Below, piece by piece: positions 57,887 to 64,000 of a DNA stretch of 64,000 bases. The notes below the pieces were generated by a model. The model was not told the origin of the DNA. It saw only the letters and a list, made by a program, of their open reading frames with translations, and searched no databases. A program made the translations under genes and the position numbers. Numbering within the stretch: position 1 is the stretch's first letter; the number at the start of each line of letters is the position of its first letter. Source of the DNA: an uncultured Planctomycetia bacterium (GTDB lineage: Bacteria > 4484-113 > JAGGVC01); assembly GCA_964388445.1 (NCBI GenBank), contig CAYMAI010000009.1, positions 32,807 through 96,806 of the forward strand, given 5' to 3'.

Positions 57887-58342
57887 TCAGCTTTCCCGGC
57901 GGGATGCCGCTTCGCCCGCATCACCAGTGACGCAGATTCCTTTTTCCAACAGCTCGACTACGCACGGATCGACAATCCGGTAAAGCATCTGATTTCCGCA
58001 TCGCCTCGCCTCGATAATCCTTCGATTGGCAAGCCGCTGCAATTGATTCGAAACGGCCTGTGCGCTCATACCGATGGTTTCCGCCAGACAGCTTACGCAC
58101 ACCTCGCCTTCGCGCGCCAGAGTATGCAGCAGCCTTAGCCGCGTGTCGTTTGCGAGCACCTTGAAAACTTCCATCAGCGACCGCGCGTCTTCCTCGGTAA
58201 TCAGACTGCGCCGGGACAGCTCGAGTTCGGTTGCGCAACAGGGCAGCGACCCCGCCGCTTCCGTGCCGCGTACTCCGGCCGTTTGCACGCCGCCGGCCGC
58301 GCCGGCAAGCTCGAATTCAACTGCGGTAATGGCAATCGTCAT
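57887..58342 (-). CDS. ArsR/SmtB-family transcriptional regulator with Cys-containing N-terminal extension
   Basis: LANDTRLRLLHTLAREGEVCVSCLAETIGMSAQAVSNQLQRLANRRII winged helix. N-terminal ~45 aa has a CC pair. Heads the efflux operon. Confidence 0.8.
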   Translation of the reverse strand: MTIAITAVEFELAGAAGGVQTAGVRGTEAAGSLPCCATELELSRRSLITEEDARSLMEVFKVLANDTRLRLLHTLAREGEVCVSCLAETIGMSAQAVSNQLQRLANRRIIEARRCGNQMLYRIVDPCVVELLEKGICVTGDAGEAASRRES

Positions 58343-58459
58343 AAAACACCTCCGGTCAACTATTACATTAACACGTTTAATTGTTTATTTCAATAATTCG
58401 ACCGCCGAAGTATGAAATTATTTTTAGATTTTCGGCCGTTATTGCGCCAGCGGCTTCGG

Positions 58460-60364
58460 TCAGCTTCCGGTCTCCAGCTTGTCGAGTATTTCCACGCGCC
58501 GCGTTTCGATTAGAGTTTCGATTTCGCCTCGAAGCGCCGATATCGCTTCCGCCGCGTCGGCGGCATCGCCGTTTTCCTTCGCAAGCCGTTTTTCGAATGC
58601 GTCGAGCGTTTGAATCAGGAGCGCGCTCGTTTCTCCGATAATGTCGTCGTAAACGATGCCCACGCTTTGAGTCCGTGTCAGGGGCAGGGCGGATGACTCG
58701 GTCCAAGCCGGAAGTTCGGCGTCTATTTCGCCGAGAACGAATCCGGCGTCGGCGATTTCCTTATGCAGCCACCTCAAATATCTGCTTATGCGGTTTTCCG
58801 CGCTGTCGCCCGGATGCGCCGGACCTTGCAGCGCATATTCGCCGCCCGCTTCGACCTTTTCCGCCGCCGCCTTTTCGTATCGAACGCCCGGCTTCGGCGC
58901 CCTCGCACGCTCGCGCACGGTCGCCTCGGTTTTCGCGATTTCCACGCCGTGAACGAGCGGCAGTTCGACGGTTTCGTCCTCGACGGCGACCGCAGCGTTA
59001 TATCCAATGTTTTGAAGATGTTCCCGGAAAGATTCCAGCGCGTTTTGCTCGCCGTGAACGAGAAAAACGTTCGCCGGTTTTTCTTCCATCTGCTCAAGCC
59101 AGCCTGTCAGGTTGTCCCGGTCGGCGTGCGCGCTAAACCCGTGAATCGTCGAAATTCTCGCGTTCACCTTCACGTTTTCGCCGTAAAGTTTCACGCTTTT
59201 CACGCCTTCGACAAGCATCCTTCCAAGCGTGCCGTGCGCCTGATATCCCACGAAAAGCACGCTCGCGCGCCCTTCCGCAAGGTGGTTCGCAAGGTGATGC
59301 CTTACCCGCCCCGCCGTGCACATTCCGCTGGCGCTGATGACCACGCGCGGCCCCTTCAGGAAGTTTAGCTTTTTCGAATCGTCAACGGTGTCGGTGAATT
59401 CCAGCCACTCCGCCTTGAACGGATTAATGCCTTTGCCGAGAAGCGCCGATAGCTCTTTGTCGAAACACTCCGGATGCGCGCCGACGATTTCGGTCGCCCG
59501 CCTCGAAAGCGGCGAATCCACGTACACCTTGAACGAGGGCCAATCCTTCCGCTCGCGTTTCAGCATCGAAAGGTAATACAAAAGCGTCTGCGCCCTTCCG
59601 ACCGCAAAACTCGGGATTATCAGCGGCCCCTGCAATTTCAACATCTCCTCGATTTCCGCCGCGAGCTGGTCTTTGCGCATTCCGAAGTTTTCGTGGTTTC
59701 TGTCGCCGTACGTGCTTTCGAGCAGCAGATAATCCGCCCGCTCGAACGCCTTCGGGTCTTTCAATATCGCCGTATTCGGCATTCCAATGTCGCCGGACGC
59801 CACTACGGTCGCCGCGCCTTCCATCGTTTTCACGACTATTTCGACAGACGCGCTGCCGAGAATGTGTCCGGCGTCCCTGAACCGCACGGTGATGTTTCGG
59901 GAAAGCTCTATGCGCTCTTCATACTCCACTCCCCTGAATCTTCGCATCGCCGTTTCTACGTCCGCCGCGGTATACAGCGCATGCGACTGGACGCGGTCCC
60001 TGTCAACGTTTCGCTTTCGGGAATATTCCGCATCGCGCTCCTGTATGTGCGCGCTGTCCAGAAGTAGCGGATGCGCAAGGTCTTTCGTCGCTTCCGTGCA
60101 TACGATCGTTCCCTTGAATCCGAACTTTACGAGCCGCGGAATAAGCCCGCAGTGGTCGATATGCGCGTGCGTCAGAAGCAGAAAGTCTATGTCCGACGGG
60201 TCGAACCCGAAGCCTAGGTAATTGCGCTGCTCCAGCTCGCGGCTGCCTTGAAACATCCCGCAATCGACCAGGATTTTGCCGACGCCCGTGTTGATAAGGT
60301 GGCAGCTGCCCGTAACCGTGCCCGCGGCGCCGAGAAATGTAATCCGAATTCCTTTTGTCATCAC
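58460..60364 (-). CDS. MBL-fold beta-CASP hydrolase (RNA-metabolising metallo-beta-lactamase family) with ~180-aa C-terminal extension
   Basis: HAHIDHCG metal motif, beta-CASP and RMMBL-like regions through ~450 aa. C-terminal third unassigned. Confidence 0.8.
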   Translation of the reverse strand: MMTKGIRITFLGAAGTVTGSCHLINTGVGKILVDCGMFQGSRELEQRNYLGFGFDPSDIDFLLLTHAHIDHCGLIPRLVKFGFKGTIVCTEATKDLAHPLLLDSAHIQERDAEYSRKRNVDRDRVQSHALYTAADVETAMRRFRGVEYEERIELSRNITVRFRDAGHILGSASVEIVVKTMEGAATVVASGDIGMPNTAILKDPKAFERADYLLLESTYGDRNHENFGMRKDQLAAEIEEMLKLQGPLIIPSFAVGRAQTLLYYLSMLKRERKDWPSFKVYVDSPLSRRATEIVGAHPECFDKELSALLGKGINPFKAEWLEFTDTVDDSKKLNFLKGPRVVISASGMCTAGRVRHHLANHLAEGRASVLFVGYQAHGTLGRMLVEGVKSVKLYGENVKVNARISTIHGFSAHADRDNLTGWLEQMEEKPANVFLVHGEQNALESFREHLQNIGYNAAVAVEDETVELPLVHGVEIAKTEATVRERARAPKPGVRYEKAAAEKVEAGGEYALQGPAHPGDSAENRISRYLRWLHKEIADAGFVLGEIDAELPAWTESSALPLTRTQSVGIVYDDIIGETSALLIQTLDAFEKRLAKENGDAADAAEAISALRGEIETLIETRRVEILDKLETGS

Positions 60365-60485
60365 GGCGCATTCTATCAGCTTTGAATTTTTCCCGCCGAA
60401 GTCTAGAAAGCCCCATTGTTAAAAAAGACACAAGGCCGCTAGACAAGCGGCAAAGAGGCATTATGGATAGAATAAATTCGGGGAG

Positions 60486-60830
60486 ATGCATATTTTCGAA
60501 CTATATTCCGCGCTCGGGGACGAGATTACGTACCGGATCGCGATTTTGCTCGCCAGGTATCGGTTGAGCGTGGGCGAGATTGTTTACGCGCTCGAACTCA
60601 AACAGCCTCACGTCTCGCACAAACTGGCCAAACTCAGGAAATACGGATGCGTGGCCGCCGTCAGGGAAGGGCGGCAAATCTATTACGAAATGCGGCGGCC
60701 GTGCAAAAGCGTGGTGATTTCCGGCGACGAGAGATGGCGGGAGTTGCACCCCGACGAAAGCGCCGCCTGCAGCCGCGACCTCGCAAAGCTCTCCGAAATC
60801 GTCAAAGACCTCGCCGCACGCCGCCACTGA
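60486..60830 (+). CDS. ArsR-family-like winged-helix regulator
   Basis: MHIFELYSALGDEITYRIAILLARYRLSVGEIVYALELKQPHVSHKLAKLRKYGCVAAVREGRQIYYEM fits the ArsR/SmtB HTH. Confidence 0.65.
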   Translation: MHIFELYSALGDEITYRIAILLARYRLSVGEIVYALELKQPHVSHKLAKLRKYGCVAAVREGRQIYYEMRRPCKSVVISGDERWRELHPDESAACSRDLAKLSEIVKDLAARRH

Positions 60831-60883
60831 CGGCGAAAAGCCACAGCCGCATCGCAAAACCGTGCCGCTTATCGCCCGCTTTT

Positions 60884-61202
60884 CTTGGGAGTAAGCCACG
60901 GAAGTGGCTTCTTTATATAATGCACGGAAGTGCCGCAATGAAAATTCCAGCCTTTTGCCTTGGGAGTAAGCCACGGCAGTATTTTCGCTATGTATTCCTC
61001 GGAATAAGCCAGCTTGGGAGTAAGCCACGGAAGTGGCTTCTTTATATAATGCACGGAAGTGCATTTGATAAAAAAACCGATCTAAAATCCACTTCCGGTA
61101 CCGCCTTCCGTCAAAGTCCCTCCCGGCGCATTTGCCCGACGCGCTATTCGCCGCACTTCCGTGCGGCGCATAAAGAATTTACTTCCGTAAATTACTCCCA
61201 AG
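60884..61202. repeat. Intergenic repeat array: three direct units beginning CTTGGGAGTAAGCCACGG (60884, 60959, 61013) plus one inverted unit (61152-61202); at least six GGAA/TTCC-centred palindromes
   Basis: AAGCCAC-GGAA-GTGGCTT at 60893-60910 and 61022-61039. (A)TGCAC-GGAA-GTGC(AT) at 60922-60933 and 61049-61064. CGCAC-TTCC-GTGCG at 61152-61165. AATTTAC-TTCC-GTAAATT at 61176-61193. Confidence 0.85.
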
Positions 61203-61382
61203 CGCGACCGCGGCCGCTGCCGCTGCGCGCGATGAGATACGTATCGCCCGTCGTGGTTTCGGCGCGCTCGTAGCCGTATGTATTCGATGGCAGGCCGCCG
61301 GGGGAATAGTCGTAATCGTATTGTTCGAGCGTGCTAAAGCGGGCCGTCGTCGTCCTTCAAAACGTGCTGCGTCTTAAAGCTA

Positions 61383-62219
61383 TTAATCATGGTGCACATT
61401 CTTGCTTCCATTACTTGCAACGTTTTTTTGATTAATTCCACGAATTGCGTATCCAGACAGAAACGCCACCACTCCTAGTATTATCATCATTATTGCCCAA
61501 ATATCATTCAGTTTAGATTTTGTCTGTACAATATTAGGCATACTTTTGTCTTGCAACAACGTCATTCCTTGGGTCTGAGAATCAGGATCGAAGCTTTGCC
61601 CAGGGGCATAAATGTAAACAATGTAGCGCGATACATTTTCATTGCCGCTCACTAGCGATGAAATAGAAGGAGAATACCACTCCAATACATCTGTTTTCGC
61701 AATGTCAACAAAATCCAAGTGTCGCGTAACAAGTATATATTTACCGGGATTAATGTCTGGCACAAAAAGCAGTTCTAGGGTCGGTTCATAAATATCTTGA
61801 AACTCAACATTATTAAATCCTGTATCAGCATACATATCGTATTTTGCCATAAACTTAACAACTCGTATAGTATAGGTGTAGTCTAATTCCTCGATAATGC
61901 TGTTTAACTTTATGTTAGATTGCAATGCCGAAAGATATTTATTATATGGTAGAAAATATACTTTGGTATGCTGAGACTCAATACCAGATGCTTTTAATAA
62001 AATAGGGGATCCTACTTCAGCTATATTGTTCATAACACCCTCAATCTGGTATGATGAATCGGTAGTGATACGGATACTACTATACTTACTCGCCAATGTC
62101 GCGTAATTTGGCCTGTTTGCGTTATTACTTGCAGTCGCAAACATACATAATATGTATGCTAGCATTAGAACCATTGAAAGTATAATAAATCTCATAATTA
62201 CTAAACTGCCGAAAAACAT
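61383..62219 (-). CDS. Hypothetical membrane-anchored protein encoded in low-GC island
   Basis: 278 aa, N-terminal TM/signal (MRFIILSMVLMLAYILCMF), large Asn/Ser/Tyr-rich domain, C-terminal TM. Local GC far below window average. Confidence 0.5.
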   Translation of the reverse strand: MFFGSLVIMRFIILSMVLMLAYILCMFATASNNANRPNYATLASKYSSIRITTDSSYQIEGVMNNIAEVGSPILLKASGIESQHTKVYFLPYNKYLSALQSNIKLNSIIEELDYTYTIRVVKFMAKYDMYADTGFNNVEFQDIYEPTLELLFVPDINPGKYILVTRHLDFVDIAKTDVLEWYSPSISSLVSGNENVSRYIVYIYAPGQSFDPDSQTQGMTLLQDKSMPNIVQTKSKLNDIWAIMMIILGVVAFLSGYAIRGINQKNVASNGSKNVHHD

Positions 62220-63514
62220 TCCTCAAAACAGCACTTAATGAGTTGAACGGCAAGGTTGTTTAAATTCCCTGTAGTTGGACCCGCCAAGTGCGACCAGCAA
62301 CCTGGATGGCAATGGTGCATTAACTCGTGTGCCAGCCACATAGCAGGGCTGCAAAAATCGGCCAAATTGCCGACTGCCCCGATTCCAGGTTTTTTGCAGC
62401 CAAGAATATAGCCTTGAGCCCTTGGCGTACAATCTGGGGTAAAACATGCACCGCAGGCAACCATTACTGCTTTGGGGTCAAAAGCACAGCCTTCGCATTT
62501 CCTGATTCCATAACAATTACTTTGACTCGGTACGGGGAAAAAAAAGCGGTTAACTTCGACGCAAATGAACTTTCCTGCGCCTGCCGATAACCACTTAAGC
62601 ATACATAACAAGTCGCTCTCCAGCAACTTGTACTGACCAACAGATCCACTTGACGGTAAATCCATTGGTTTATTCCTTAACGAATCAAGCCAGCAAAGAA
62701 TACAATGTTTTAATTTGGTAGCCGCGTTAAGATAAAATGAAAATGAATTTGCTGGGCATAATATTGGCATAGAAGAAAGTTCGACCTGGGAAGAAATACA
62801 GGTTCTAACGTCACAGCAAAAGGAAAGAAACTCTTCTTCAGTTTGCGCTTTTGGTCCTTCACTTGAGCACCGCCGACAATTTGATTTCGGATAATTCTTA
62901 CCTCCTCCGTCTAGTCCTTCTCCCCCTCCTCCCGTTCCTCCCGGCCCCGTTCCGCCGCCGCCGAAGCCGACCGTCGGCGTGACGGACGCCTGCGGGCGAA
63001 GATTGCCGATTTGAAACATTCCATGGGGGAAGAAATCGCCGTATCCTCTTCCGCCCGGATTAAGGTCCCTGCCCAGCATCCAGCTTTTGACGCGCGCACC
63101 TTCGTACATCAGGTTCGCACCGTTCGCAAGGCAGGATTTGCGCAAGTGGAACTTGCGCCGTGGAGTGCGGCGGTCTTGCCGCCGCCCTGTTTCCGCAGGC
63201 TTGCCTGCGGGAGACGCCGGAGCAAGCTTAGGCATTGACGGCGCGAGCAAGCTCCCGCACTCCATGGAAACGCTTCGCGTTTCACGAGGACGAGCGCGAC
63301 TCGCCGCTATATCGGATTTTTCCTGAAATGGATTTTGCAGGCTGGAAGCATGCGCTACGGACATTATTGGAAATGGATTTTGCAGGCTGGAAGCCTGCGC
63401 TACATACGAACTGCGCGCCTTTTGTGAAATAGCCCCAGATTTAAAAAAACGCTTCGGCATGTTTTCTCCGCCGGGGAAAGAATACCATGACATTGCAGTA
63501 ATTGCAAAGTTCAT
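62201..63514 (-). CDS. Cysteine-rich protein with C-terminal HExxH (zincin-like) motif; 5' boundary uncertain
   Basis: C-terminal ~230 aa (low-GC DNA 62201-~62900) have >20 Cys and WLAHELMHHCHPGCW. Upstream part (high GC) is Gly-rich (GFGGGGTGPGGTGGGGEGLDGGG) then low-complexity R/P/S-rich sequence that may not be coding. No convincing RBS found. Confidence 0.4.
   Translation of the reverse strand: MNFAITAMSWYSFPGGENMPKRFFKSGAISQKARSSYVAQASSLQNPFPIMSVAHASSLQNPFQEKSDIAASRARPRETRSVSMECGSLLAPSMPKLAPASPAGKPAETGRRQDRRTPRRKFHLRKSCLANGANLMYEGARVKSWMLGRDLNPGGRGYGDFFPHGMFQIGNLRPQASVTPTVGFGGGGTGPGGTGGGGEGLDGGGKNYPKSNCRRCSSEGPKAQTEEEFLSFCCDVRTCISSQVELSSMPILCPANSFSFYLNAATKLKHCILCWLDSLRNKPMDLPSSGSVGQYKLLESDLLCMLKWLSAGAGKFICVEVNRFFFPVPSQSNCYGIRKCEGCAFDPKAVMVACGACFTPDCTPRAQGYILGCKKPGIGAVGNLADFCSPAMWLAHELMHHCHPGCWSHLAGPTTGNLNNLAVQLIKCCFEECFSAV
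63325..63403. repeat. Tandem direct repeat, two ~34-bp copies with 45-bp period (GAAATGGATTTTGCAGGCTGGAAGC[A/C]TGCGCTAC)
   Basis: Second copy contains perfect palindrome GCAGGC-TGGAA-GCCTGC (63382-63398). The same repeat yields duplicated SSLQNPF on the minus frame. Confidence 0.85.
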
Positions 63515-63639
63515 TTGAATATCCGTTTCGCGGAGCTATACAGCTCGCGAGCCTGCGAGCGCCAACCAATCGCCTGCGCCGTCGTCATTGGCGGAATTGA
63601 CTTGGCAAATTCTTCAAATGCCGAATATCTGATTTCCGC

Positions 63640-64000
63640 CTACACTTCGATCAGCACGGCGTCGCCTTGGCCGCTGCCGCTGCAGATGCAGGCCACGCCC
63701 TTGCCGCCGCCCCTGCGCCTAAGTTCGAATGCCAGCGTCATTATGATCCGAGCCCCGCTCATGCCGATCGGGTGGCCCAGCGCGATCGCGCCGCCGTTCA
63801 CGTTCACCTTGTCCTCGTCCCATTCGAGAATCTTGCCGCACGCAAGCACCACTGCGGAAAACGCCTCGTTGCACTCGAACAGGTCTATGTCCGATACCTT
63901 CAGCCCGGCCTTTTCGAGCAGCTTTTTCGCCGCGTGCGCCGGCGCAATCGGGAACTGATACGGCTCCATCGCCACGTGGTCGTGCGCGATTATTTTGGCG
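63640..64000 (-). CDS. Acetyl-CoA C-acetyltransferase (thiolase), C-terminal fragment; gene continues beyond window end
   Basis: ...[21 protein letters not shown]...[16 protein letters not shown], the conserved thiolase C-terminal active-site region (His/Cys). Confidence 0.85.
   Translation of the reverse strand, partial: AKIIAHDHVAMEPYQFPIAPAHAAKKLLEKAGLKVSDIDLFECNEAFSAVVLACGKILEWDEDKVNVNGGAIALGHPIGMSGARIIMTLAFELRRRGGGKGVACICSGSGQGDAVLIEV

Noticed and set aside
60869-61054. 61-aa ORF with internal peptide repeats (KKPLPWLTPK), plus 60501-61064 and 60647-61273
   Set aside because: These frames are created by the DNA repeat array. The repeats are palindromic at the DNA level and there is no translation signal.
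60884-61202. Possible CRISPR array
   Set aside because: Repeat spacing is irregular (75 and 54 bp), one unit is inverted, units are internally palindromic around GGAA, and there are no cas genes. It does not fit CRISPR architecture.

Overview
High-GC (~58-60%) bacterial chromosomal window, densely coded and mostly housekeeping. No rRNA, tRNA, CRISPR array or transposase was recognised.

Housekeeping content, in order: pheS 3' end, moeA, a large lipoprotein subtilisin (S8) with a C-terminal dockerin-like module, gcvPA-gcvPB, the classic rpsB-tsf-pyrH-frr-uppS-cdsA cluster, mmuM-like methyltransferase, methylmalonyl-CoA mutase catalytic subunit, mreC-mreD-mrdA(PBP2), glmU-prs, a cyclophilin lipoprotein, hrcA-mtaB-phoH-pgpH(7TMR-HD), two SPFH/band-7 genes, mazG, an SDR, a BshA-like GT4, an orphan fliS, pyrB, a nitroreductase, secA, uvrB, gdhA, a MacB-type ABC efflux operon under an ArsR regulator, a beta-CASP MBL hydrolase, and a thiolase 3' end.

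Accessory and unusual content:
- Two type II TA pairs (HigB/HigA-like and HicB/HicA) bracket uvrB. uvrB carries a GAAAC-N4-GTTTC palindrome over its promoter.
- The most system-like feature: two paralogous ~110-aa proteins with 8 Cys each (twin CxxC-x5-C-xn-C modules) flank a fused PAS-HisKA_3-HATPase-REC-LuxR sensor kinase/regulator. Each carries a near-identical promoter block with repeated AAATCCCAT/ATCCCATAGGGAT motifs and an identical SD-start.
- A DUF1257-DUF2997-SPFH three-gene operon.
- A 320-bp intergenic array of at least six GGAA-centred palindromes next to an ArsR-like gene.
- A ~1.5 kb low-GC island encoding a Cys-rich HExxH domain (fused downstream of a high-GC Gly-rich segment) plus a membrane protein, with a 45-bp tandem repeat upstream.

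Many long antisense ORFs in the six-frame track are GC-driven artefacts.
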